Source of the DNA: Eutreptiella sp. 'Long Island Sound 2002'
Lineage: Eukaryota > Protista > Euglenida
Direction: 5' to 3'
DNA length: 64,000 bases
NCBI GenBank assembly: GCA_964036045.1
Contig: OZ038379.1
Coordinates: forward strand, 39,184,001 to 39,248,000
Shown: positions 11,122 through 22,177 of the stretch, piece by piece
How the letters are laid out: each line of letters begins with the position of its first letter
How positions within the stretch are numbered: the first letter of the stretch is position 1
Notes under the pieces: model-generated
Database searches by the model: none
Seen by the model: the letters and a program-made list of their open reading frames with translations, nothing else
What the model was told of the DNA's origin: nothing
Translations under genes and position numbers: made by a program

Positions 11122-11198
11122 CGGCACTCATTCCACCCCACATTTGCTGCTCTCCGCCCACGTTTCTCACACTGTTGTGCCAATTTTTCATCTTGATC

Positions 11199-12519
11199 AT
11201 GGACCACCCGAATTGGCCTGTTCTTGCATCATGGGTTGACAAGGTGAATGCCCTTTTGGGTGAAACCCTCACACCTCCAACCATAGGTGATGTCGCTATT
11301 TTCAAGCCCACCACCATTGTTGGTCGTGTCCCAGTGCGGGGGTCCATCACGCATGATCATACCCCCCGTTTCGTGAGCGATTACATCACCGACGTTACGG
11401 ACAAAAACCTCCACATTCCAATTTTTCAATTACCCCTTCATCCCAAAGACGTGGAGGATTTGCACCTCCGCATCACCTCTAGGCTCTCCACCAACTCCAA
11501 CAGCACCGTGAAGCTGCATGTGGGAGAGGACCAATCCGCTGACGTCCTCTTTGCTAGGAGGCGCTCCACAAGGAAGAAGGTGGGCAAGGACAACTATTTA
11601 CTCCCCAAACCCTTGAATCACACACTCTGCTTCCTCTCCCTCAAGGATGCACCCAGAGAGATCCCCATCTACTTGTTGCCCACGTCAAGCCAGTTACAGT
11701 GGAGACCTCACGGCCGCTATGGCCTTACCAACCCCACGATGATGTCCACTACCAACGAGGAGCCCCTTCTTCCTTTTCCTATGGGCTAGCCCCTCCATTG
11801 ATTGGGAGCAACGAGGAGGTTGTCCCTGGCCCTGCACGTGGCACACCCACCAATGGGAACCCCAATGCCATCGCCAACTTTGGGCTTTGCCGTTACCGTG
11901 GTATCTTTGCCGACTCCCCGGTCCACAACGCCACCAAGGACGAGTGCATCACCATTCCCGGTCACAAGTGGGGGTCCCTCTTCAACAACAATGTGCCGGC
12001 TGTGGGTCGTCAAGGAGACGACCCCGGCCGAGCTGCCTACTTCACCCGCTTGGGACTGCCGCTACCCGATGAAGAGGGGTTGGAGCTGCTGGCCTTGGAC
12101 GCCCTTGCGAAGGAAGTATAGTGGGAGTTGCAAAAGTGAAGGAGTTTGAGGATTTTCTGGTTGTCGGGGCCGGCTATATCCGGGCGACCTATGACAGGCG
12201 GCAACATTGGCACCTGGATTGCCCCTAGACACAGAACACTCAAGGCAAAGCGTTCTCCGCGTTTGTGCGGTGCAACGTGGATGTTCCCGCCGATGCCTGT
12301 TGTGGTTGATGCGTGCCGTTGTCCCATGAGGGGGTGCCGAAGCCCATGTACCAGTACCCGCCGGACATGGAGTTTGGGGATATGGTCGTCTGCACGTCGG
12401 AGTGGATCCAATGTGGTGGAGCCGTTCCGGTTGGACTAGCTGCACGCACTCCTCGGGTCATTGCCTTCTTCGCGGTAGCCAATTATATCTACAATATTAC
12501 TACACCCTTCTCTTCTTAA
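11199..12519 (+). pseudogene. 2OG-Fe(II) dioxygenase gene relic (PhyH-like pattern) with unknown N-terminal domain
   Basis: Three frames join MDHPNW..., KWGSLFNN...DDPGR, RQHWHLDCP (HxD, ~12205-12225), FSAFV, PLSH, FGDMVVCTSEWIQCGG (distal His position decayed to Q) and RVIAFF. Two frameshifts and two stops. Confidence 0.65.
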
Positions 12520-13465
12520 ATCTAGCTAACAAGCATTAAGCAAGCAAGCAACAAGCAAGAACCAAGCACTTCTCCTTTCCGTTTGGGCCATTGCTCGGCC
12601 TCATCACTCCCGGCTCTACTGTAGTGTAGCCATCCTAGAGCCTAGGTGGTGCCTTTGCCAAATTCAAGGTTTGAGCCAAAAGCTGAGTGGTGGCGCCCCG
12701 GGGCGGGGGCGCCTAGTCGGCAGGTGCCCTCCCAAAGCTGCGCATTTTGTGCCCCAAAATAGCCTTTTTGGCCCAAAATGGCCCCAAATCCCATTCAGAA
12801 ACGGCCAAATGAAGGGAAACAGTTGGTACATTCCATGTGCGCCTTCACTTCCTCGTGGAACAGAGTCTTTTCTTGCCCCCTACCTCCACGATATGTCCCA
12901 AAAACGGTTCAAAAATGGCTAAAAATGGCGCAAAATGTCCGAAGCTAGTGTCAAGGAGTCCCAAAACCAAGAACGGGCCGTATCTTGGCCTCCGTGGCTC
13001 AGATCTGAATTCCAAGGGCAGGTAGTCCACCCTCAACTCCCAACTTTTTGCGGCTTTCAAGCCTCAGGTTCGCCCCACAAAAGGCGTAGACCCCTATACC
13101 AGTGGTCACTTCGTGGAGCCATAGGGCAGCCCAGCCCGCACGCGGTGGGGGCCAACGGTCGGTCCACCAAGGTCCCCGAGGCGACAAAAATCATTTGTTA
13201 CCAAGGTTGTTTGTATACCACTTGGGATGCTCAAACAAGTGTTTTGAGCCTGTTTTGAGCTCGTGGTGACGCTTTTTGGCCCATGGAAAATTTCAAAATG
13301 CCTTGAAAATGGGACGTTTTTGGGACCAAGAATGGGTCAAAACAGGGTCAAAAACGCATTTTTCAAAAATGATCCCTGACCATTCACGGTGTGTTTTCAG
13401 CCCCTTTTGAGCCCGTGGTGACGCGTTTTGGTCCATGGAAAATCCCAAAATTCCTTGAAAAGGAT
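12509..13465 (+). mobile_element. Non-autonomous interspersed repeat, Helitron/HINE-like
   Basis: Starts tctcttcttaaatctagc, then an (AAGC)n microsatellite, a hairpin ggcgcccc..ggggcgcc+tag at 12692-12716, and internal ~150 bp repeats. Homologous to 30185-31235. Confidence 0.4.
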
Positions 13466-13779
13466 GTAGACGGGTACTTGTGCACATGCCAACAGGTAGC
13501 CGTCGGTAGCTCTGGTGCGGTGACATCACGTTTCGATTTGTGGTTTCGGATTGAATACGGACACTATGTGCTGTGCTGGAAGGGGTGCTAGAAGGGGTTC
13601 CAGCGCTCGAAGGGTTGCTGGAAGCGGGGGTTTCCAGCGGTGGAAGGGGGGGGGGGGTCCAGCGATGGAAGGGGGTTTCCAGCAGGGGTTCCAGCAGGGG
13701 TTCCATCACTCGAAGGGGGGTCCAGCATTAACGTTAAGGGGTTCTAGCCCCACTATATGACTGCATTGTTTATTTATCA

Positions 13780-14594
13780 ACTCCCTTTTGTGCAGCAGGC
13801 CACACTAGACATCTACGGGTTGCTATTTCTAGCGGACGGGACTGGCATGCGATGAAGCGGAGGTGATCTCGAAGGTCTAGATTTTTGGTAAACGGTGTGG
13901 TTGCGAAGCCGAAGGTTGTGACGGCAGCGATTGGTGGGGAGGTGGAGAGCAAGCCGATAACCTGGCCGGCAATTGCGGGTTTGAGTCCCGAGCATTGGTC
14001 CAAGAGTTTGTTTTTGAAGGGCAAGACTAATTGGTATGGATGCCTAAGTTTGCGGGTTAAGACACAGCCACCGCACTTGTTGGTACTCCGTTTGCCTTTG
14101 CTTATCACAGGAGATGAGAAACGGTCACAACAAGAGTTATTTTTGTGTGCTGCTGCCACAAAATAGGCACACAGATCATACACCTACCAACTGTGGGATG
14201 CTTTACCACGTGATTGGAAGTTTTGGCACTCCTTGAAGTGGCTTGCCAATGTGGACGGAGCCCTTGGAAGGTTTGGCAGTCGTTAAAGCGTTTCGATAGT
14301 GTGGGTGGAGCCCGTGTTCATGCAGAATTTGAGACCCGTGTGGATGAGTGGGTGGCTGAGCGGGTGGCGGTGCCGTTGCAAGGGCGGGGCCGCAAGCTTG
14401 ACCCCTTGGTTGTCGAGGAGGAGTCCGCAGAGCGTGCTGAACGTGCCCGTAAGCGTAAGACGGGCGTGAAGGTAGAGGGCAAGCCCGCAAACGTCCCATC
14501 CAAGCCCAGCCCACACCCACCGTCAGCCTCCCCCCCCTTGCGGACCCCCCCCCATTACCTTTCCCCTGGAGGAAGCAGTGTGGGGCTTCTTTGA
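13780..14594 (+). pseudogene. Possible second, divergent tyrosine recombinase relic
   Basis: Collinear but frame-shifted LFLADGTGMR*S (13841), GRWRAS (13937), WHSLK(W) (14224) and DSVGGARVHA (14319, Tyr position), then a basic RARKRK tail. Confidence 0.3.
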
Positions 14595-15273
14595 TAGCCT
14601 CGTGCGCACCTTGGAGGGAAACGTGCAAACCATAGTGAGAGAGATATTGCCTGTTCGCCATGCATGAGATGCTGTAGGCAAAATCAGCAGCTAGGGCGAG
14701 CGGTGAGCTGCAGAAGCTTCGGGGGGAGCTCGTTGCAGCTAAGAGTCAGGTAAAGGCCGCAGGGAAGCGATCACAGGAGCTCGAAGAGACACTGGAGACC
14801 GGAGGACACCAAAGGATAAAAGGTAGAGGTACAGGGCGAATTGAAGCACATGCGAGAGAAGTGGGAGGAAGGGAAGGAGTGGTCCAACAAGTACCTCCCA
14901 ATTGGGGGGAAGCAGAAGTGAAGAATGTTCGCCTCCTCTGAGTGAGGGTGCGGATGTATTAGGCATGTTGTGCATTATGCCATATGTGGGCCATTTGAGA
15001 TGCGGACTGACTGATGCCAAAACAAATACGCGAAAATCTTCTTCGTGCAAAGTCTGCCACGGGACAGGGACCATGGTAGCTGCTTGTAAATGATGCATGA
15101 GGTGGTACTCCGTGTCACCGTTGGAAAGGCCGCTGGAAGGGGTTTTTAGTGCTAGAAAGGGGGGTTGGAGCACTAGAAGGTGGTTCCAGCAGGGGTTCCA
15201 GCGGGTGTTGTAGCACTGCAAGGGGGTTTGAGCAGGGGTTCCAGCGCCCATCCTTGGTCTCTAGGTTTCTTAA

Positions 15274-16830
15274 ATGTACAAGGCGGTGATACGGTTTACG
15301 CAAGCACTGCCCCCCCCCCCCCTAGCGGCCTATCCGCAACTCAAGGACCGTGCACGACGTGAGGGGCACGTGCGCATTGCCACAGCCCTAGCAGCTCTTC
15401 TCGTGGAGGGCACGCCACGAGTTGAAGACACTCGGGATGGGCTTTTCATCCGTAGCAGCATGGACGTTGAGGGGGAGCATAGCCAGGCTTGTTAGGCTGC
15501 AATTCGGGTGTGGAAGTACGCCATGGAGTCCAACTCCTCGATCGGGGAAATGTTGAGGTTGCCACGGCAACGCATGCAACGCGACTCTCCACTGCATGAC
15601 ACTGCACACGGCAGAAACACTGAGTATCAACGAGGGGTCCATGCACTTGAGGAGTGCAGTTGTGACATAGTTGAACGATGTCGTGGTAAACCAAGTTCAA
15701 TTGGCTATGGCCGATGGCAATTATAAACATAACCGGACAGACAAATGCCTCTAGGTGGTTGTGGTGCCCGATGCAACTCCTTTGTAGAAAACTAGGGTTT
15801 CAAAACCGCACTTGTTTGTCCATGTTTGGGGGGAGGGCGTGAAAGCTGCGGGATACATTGCCCGTTGGGCAATGTAGTAGTGCATGGACGGGTCACATGA
15901 TGTTTGTTGTCTCCTAGTTGTGGACGGCATAGGCCAACTCAATGAACAGGTGGTTGTGTTGCAAAGGGACACCACACTTTTCATTGATGGCTAGTCTTGG
16001 GGGTTCCTGGTGTTCCTCTCTTGGGATGCCAAGTTCATAGCCGTAACGAACTGCGGGGGAAAATGTTGGTGTTGTGACAATGTTACTCTTTTCCGTCGAT
16101 AGGACCATGTCTTTGAACACGTTCGTTGGGGCTCCTTCTTGCGGAGTATCAAGGTGGACCATCGGCTGGGAGACGTGGTGCATGGTGCTTGCCGTGTCAC
16201 AAACGCTTCCAAGAAGCGATTATGTGATGATATTACCCGGTGCATGGTCCATGGTTTGTTGGGGTTATTGGCCAATGTGCCATGGCCCGTGGATGTCATG
16301 AAATCTAGGCTGACTTATTGCATGAGGCTCGCACTATTCTAGCGGCCGAGTGAAAGGACCTTTTGCGTCGAAAGACAAAGCAGGGAACCTTTAACATTAG
16401 CACCGCCCGACCTTTTTGGGACGGACACGCAATTTTACAACGGCTCATGTTAGCCCTCCTGACGCACTTTCCAACTATTATTTGCAATGGTGTATGTATG
16501 TATGTTTTCGTCGCCGCTTTTTTGCGCGGTTTTGGTGCTCTTCAAAGACTATGGCCTAAAAAAAAACCTATTACTCACATCGAGGTGGCCTCTGCCAAAT
16601 TTTTGTGTGCAAGCATTGGCACATGTTGGGACAAATTGGGGCGGAAGGCCACTCCATGGGTCCATTGGACTGTCACCCATTCCCACTACCTCCTTACCAA
16701 ACATCGCACTTGATATCTATTCTCCACTTTACCTGCCGAACACCAGCAACGCCGTTTTACGATGCAGGTGAAAAACTCCATACATGGATGGTCGATCCGA
16801 AAGCCACAAGTGTCGAAATGAGGTATGTGC
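15274..16830 (+). pseudogene. Most complete copy of the decayed Transib/RAG1-CMC-like DDE transposase
   Basis: VHVWGEG, FLVFLSWDAKF (D 16025) + KCWCCD, DHRLGDVVHG (16172-16183), GTFNISTARPFWDG, LRGFGALQRLW, PWVHWTVTH, LFSTLPAEH (E 16738). Confidence 0.62.
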
Positions 16831-17340
16831 CATGTGCTAAACATGGAGACTATGCGAATTGGCTTGCGGCACTACATTGCACGCAAGGGCTGTGCACTAT
16901 TGAAAAGACAACGGAACTACAAGGACATTGTCCTACACCGATGAGTTGAGTTGTAATGCGTTTTTGGACATTTATACCCTTTGTGACCCGCACCTTTAAA
17001 TGAACATGCGCATGGTCGACCACCCCCGATGAGACCTTGGCTCACAAGTACTCCGAAAGGCATGCAGACGGTCCAGTAGGCAGCGTATGCCCTTCGAAAT
17101 CCGCGACCGCGAATAAGGAACCCTGATAGCGTCGAGTGGTCCTGGACGCCCAGCTGCGCATGGCCACGGTCGCCGGGTTGTCCGGGCGAACACCGGAAGG
17201 GGCAACCGTCCCTCCAATGCTGCCACACGAAAGCGTCCGGTAGCCATAGTCTCCGGCACGGTTACGACTCGCCCGACCCCCTCTCCGGGCCTGACTCCAA
17301 AGGAACCTTGCGCCCAACTCCAGGTCCCCGTCCGTGGAGC

Positions 17341-18025
17341 TCAGGACGAGTTAGGGCACTGGAAGTGCCAGTGCCTGGCCGCCTCCTCCTGGAGGCCCAA
17401 TCCCAGGCAGCGCTTGCAGGGTTGCGACGCCACAGCCGTCTCGGGCACCCCACGGCCTTTGGCCGTCCGCCAGTGCAACACCCAGCCCCTGCTGTCAAAC
17501 TTGATACCTTTGTACGTAAAGTTGTCCCCACCTTGGTTCCGGGCGTCCCGCCAATCCAGGCTGTCCAGCGGGTTGGTCGCTTGAGAGGCAGAAAGCGCGG
17601 CCGGGTTAGCATACCTTTCCGTTCAGGCCTTCTGGGACTCGACCAACACCGACCACATCCAATACGCAAGTGGATCCCCGGGATCGCCCCCCCCCGCCGA
17701 CCCTGCCTAGCGGCCGGGCGACAGGACTCTCCACTGCCTGGACGTAGTCGCCCAAGGTGTCCCCACATTGAGGCATCTAAGATGCCAGTTTTGGCTTAGC
17801 CATCCGCTCAGTGACCGCTGTGGCTGTCAACTCCGGCAGTCGTGACTTGTCGTTGACGCTGAGCTCGTCCAGCTTCATCTTCAGAGAGGCCAGGGCCGCC
17901 TGTTGCTGCGCCAGCAGCGCACGCATCGGGGCTGGGGACATATTGGCCACGTCCTGGCCGTCGGATCCAGAGCTACCGCCAGAGTTAGCGGCCGTCTTCG
18001 CAGGCAACGAGGTGAAAGTAAACAT
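17341..18025 (-). pseudogene. gag-like ORF with C-terminal zinc knuckle (copy 2)
   Basis: Intact PCKRCLGLGLQEEAARHWHFQCPNSS* (C-x2-C-x11-H-x4-C). Internal stops and the same net frameshift as copy 1. Confidence 0.55.
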
Positions 18026-18034
18026 GGTGCACAC

Positions 18035-18119
18035 AAATAAAAATTTCTCAGAACTGTAGTAGTGACAGAGATGGGGTTGTGAACTACTGTCCGCCCAGAA
18101 AACCAGGGGCCGACAGGAG
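18035..18119 (-). promoter_or_regulatory. Leader L, minus-strand copy 2
   Basis: ccccatctctgtcactactacag|, ATG at 18025. Confidence 0.55.
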
Positions 18120-19912
18120 ACCTCCCCCTCTGCCATCACAGCCCGCTGCTACCACTGGGGCTGGGCCTGCTGTTTGGGCACAGGGGGTGCCAGCGGGACT
18201 TGGGAGGGGCGGGGGGGGGGGGGCTGTCCTCCGGGCGTTGCGGGGTTGCCCCACCCCCTTACCCTTGGGCCCTTGGAACCCCCAGTGCTGCACGAGCGGG
18301 TGTCGTCAACCTGCCAATTGTTGTACCCCCCCCCCCGGCCCCCACCTCCACCAGTGCTAACTCCCCGGAGGGCACCCGGGTCTCCCACTGCGCATGGAAC
18401 CACATCATGAGCCATGCATGGTCCATGTGCGCCTCCATGCGTATCCCACATCCCCTCACCCCGCTGATCGGCATGACCCCGTGCAGATCCCCTTGTCCCT
18501 TAGCCACCCCCTGCGTCCCCAATACCGCGGTCGCCAGTTTCCAATGCCCCCCTCGCAACCGGTAGGCGTACAGCCCCACAAGTTGCTCCCCATCGTTCAG
18601 CTGCACCCCCGCCATGTTGATAGCGCAGCGGAAAGAAATGCGGAAGGCGGGGGTGCGCTCAACCGCCTTTGTCTCCACATGGACCTCCCAGGTTACCGCC
18701 AAGTCGATCCTAGCCTGCTTCCAGCCCGGAAGCTCTAGCCTCCATGCGAACGGGGGCTGTACGCGCAACATGCTCAACACTGTGATAGGGGGGGGGGCGT
18801 CGGGCGGGTAACCGGTGGCCCCGGTGTGTGCGTCGTGCTGCGTCACGACCACGGTGTGGGAAGGTGGCGGGGCAGCTGAGGTAGGCTGAGAGGACAAGAC
18901 ATCCCGAGCCCTGCTTGACGAAATATCCTCTGCGGAGGAGGAAAGTGGACGCCACCTGCTGTCCCACTGGGCCCCAGGGCAGGGCCAAATCGCGGCTGCG
19001 TACCACGCATCGCACGGGAGTTAGGCACTCAGCAGCTCCACGTCTCCTAGAAACAAAGAGCGATAACGAAAGAGCAAACAGAACTATGAAAATCAAAAAG
19101 TTGCCCGAAAATCGCGTGATTTTCGTGCGAGGTTCGCAAGCAAGAAGCAATTTCCAAACGGACTACACAACGTGCACAGATGGCACAATCGCGCGAAAAT
19201 CGGGTGAATTTCAGGTTCGCCAACAAGCTTTTTTTTTTTTTTGCATTTATCGCATTCCCAAGGACAGTTGATGCTCCATCCCCGTTTCTTCGCCTCCTTG
19301 GCATTGCCGAACGGCTACGCGTCCTTCAGCAGCTACAAAGAACTTGCGCCGTGCAAGCGGCAAGAAGCCGCCAATTGCCCAATGCACGAGGGAATCCCTG
19401 TTTGTCCGCTCGTCCTTTGCCAACTCCAATTGGTACGGCCCCCGCCACAACGCAACCTTCCCACCTTGGACCTGCACGAGGTGGAGACCCGCCGCGAAGT
19501 GGGTGATGAAGGTGGGGTGGTGGGTGCAGACGGGGGGGGGGCTTGCTTCAACCGGGGCTTGAGGGGATTGAAAACGTCATCCCAAAGGTCCTCCGGCTAG
19601 CCCTAAATTGGCCTCCAAACCCCTCCCCCCCCCACAAAAAGGAATGGGCCACACGTGGGGACCTCTTGCTGCTCAAGGCTGCCAGAAAACTACTTGAGCG
19701 GCAGGTCATTGGGGGGGTCGACGTGCGTGGTGTTGGGCAGCACGTTGACATGCTTTTCGTCGGGGGTCCACTGAGTGAACAGAGCCACTTGCATATGTTG
19801 ATCGGAGGGGGGTGGAAGAACATGGTGGCGGGTGGTGCTGCCCATGACGAGAAGCTCCCCTTTGTTAAGGAGGAACTCGTCCCAGCTCTCCACCTCGGCC
19901 TCCCCCCTCCTG

Positions 19913-20130
19913 AAGGCAAAGCCTGCACGAGCTGCGGTTAATTTGACAGGCACATTTGACAGGTCATCCTGAAGGAAAAGCCTACACGAGCTGCGGGTAT
20001 TTTTACAGGCACAATTGATGGATCATCCTAAAGGCAAAGCCTACAGGAACTGCAGGTATTTTTACAAGCACAATTGACGGGTCATCCTCAAGGCGAAGCC
20101 TACACAAATTGCAGGTAATTTTACAGGCAT
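19913..20130. repeat. 59 bp tandem repeat, ~3.7 units (one more than copy 1)
   Basis: Unit starts at ~19913, 19972, 20031 and 20090. Confidence 0.9.
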
Positions 20131-20740
20131 TATGGCAGGGGACGTCCAGAAACTTACAGGTGCAGGTACCCGGCAACGAGCATGCATAATCACATGTTTT
20201 AAACGTGTGCAAATACACCTGGGGTACACTGGTGATATTCAAACCTACGGAGGCAAGAAAGCATGGTATGAAAATTGTGTAGGACGAGCACTACGGTGAC
20301 ATTTGAAGGCCGTTCCCCCCTGAATGCATAGGCGGTACTGGGGGGAGAGGGCCACGAAGGTGGGAAGGTGGGGGTACAGCTTTGACCCATCCTGGCCCAG
20401 CGCTATCAGTGCACACCAGGTAAGACACATCAGCGGGCTGGTAGCGTTTTCAAAAAGCTTGATGCCAACCTGAGGGAGAGCATGCCTGAAGCTTTTCAGG
20501 CTTTTTACCCCATGCCCCCCGGTTCCACCATCATGTCCGGTGTGGAGTCCGGCGATCACGTGGCCCAAACGGACACGTTCACCGCCCCTCAACGTCCTCC
20601 CCCCGTTCGACTGCCTTTGCCCACTACCCCACCTCCTCCACCAGCAAGGCCCCCTTGTATGTGGCCTCCTCCATCGTGTGCCGGCGGGGGGGGGCCACGA
20701 AGTGGGCGTAGGTGTCGGCGGCCGGGTGTGGGAGGCTACC

Positions 20741-22046
20741 ATGTTGCGAGACAGCCATTACAAGGGAATTGAGAGCTGCAAAGGCGAACAAGCATGGAAA
20801 GGAGCGGAACCTCAAAAACCTTGGACACATTCGCCTGATCTTCGCGCGAATGGAAATTACATGCGACTGCGAACGAGATATTTGAACGAGACATGCCAAT
20901 ATGCGCGCCAATATAACATTTTTTTGTGAATCTAAGGCATGAGAGCTGCCAATGCGGCTTTAATTTTCTTTAATTTTCGGCGAAGTCAGCACGGCGCAAC
21001 GTGGTGTCGGCAGTACGAGGAGCAGAAGACCTTGGCCTCATGCCACCCACCGTCCTCCCCATCCATTGGAGGGCGGCTAAAGGGGCATCATCGTCGGGGC
21101 GTCAGCCCTATTTCAGTCCCCCCTCGCTGTCCTTCTTGGCCCATGCGGCATGCACCCGTGAACAGCGCATTGCGCTGGGACTCAGATGTATCAGCTACGT
21201 GCTCTGGCTGCGAGCGTCTGAGGCGGCCACCATTGCACCTCAACACCTGCGAACGACCGGCATGGCTTGCTTCACCGCTACAAAAGTGGGGGGGTCGTAG
21301 GAAGAGAGACGTCCTTTGGGCCGCTGGGCAGCTGGCTGGGCTGCTTATCTCTTGGCTCTGGTGGGTGACTTAGCGGACCCGGCAAAACCGTTCGCGGAGC
21401 CACGAGCGTCGGAATTGGAGGACACCATTAAGGGCATGTTGCGGAACTCACGGTGGAGCCATCTGCGATGGCATGCGTTTAGACGGGGCGGTTGTGCGGC
21501 GTGCTACCACAGGGGTCCGCACCTCCGGTTCCTCCTCTAGTGGGAGCAGTGGCAACGCCTTCAAACGGCGCTCGAGTACGCCACCAAGTACGCCGATCAG
21601 GAGGTTGTGGGGCCCCTTCTTTTACCTGTGGCTGATGCTAAGAACTTTGTTGGCTCTATGTTGGAGGTTCCGCTCCGGGACCCTTGGCCGGAGGCCATGT
21701 ACGCCAACACAACAGTCGCCATCAAGGATCTAGTCAAGGGGTTGGGCGCCCAACCTACTATTGACGCGCGGGAGCCAAAGCGGGCCGGCGATGGTGCGGG
21801 CGCGAGTCCTCCGGTTCCGACTCCACAGAGTCTTCCTCGGAGTCGTCAAGTTCATCCCTCGAATCGCCCGGGTCAGCTGCCGCAGCCGCGAAGCGCGGTG
21901 TTGGAGTGTCCGCACCAGGGTCCGCCCCGGGCAAACGCGACGGAGGCGCATTCGTCGGCGGCGGCAAATTCGCTGCGGCGCGCCAACCGCGTGGCGGCGG
22001 GACCAAGCGCAAGCGGGGCCCAGCTGGCGCCTCGTCCTCCAAGTGA
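20741..22046 (+). pseudogene. Tyrosine recombinase of a YR retrotransposon (copy 2)
   Basis: WLRASE ... ATKVGG ... RWHAFRRGGCAA (HxxR) ... *WEQWQRLQTALEYATKY (catalytic Tyr). In-frame TAG stops at 21298-21300 and 21538-21540. Confidence 0.9.
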
Positions 22047-22177
22047 GCAGGCGGGGATAAGGGTGTTAAGCCGGCGCGGAAGCGGTGAGGGTTGCCTGTT
22101 TTGGGCGGTACCATAGGTGTCCACGGCCCTGTAGCGGCTGGCCCGAAGGTAGTGTTGGGTGGTGGCTCCGTCGGGAG

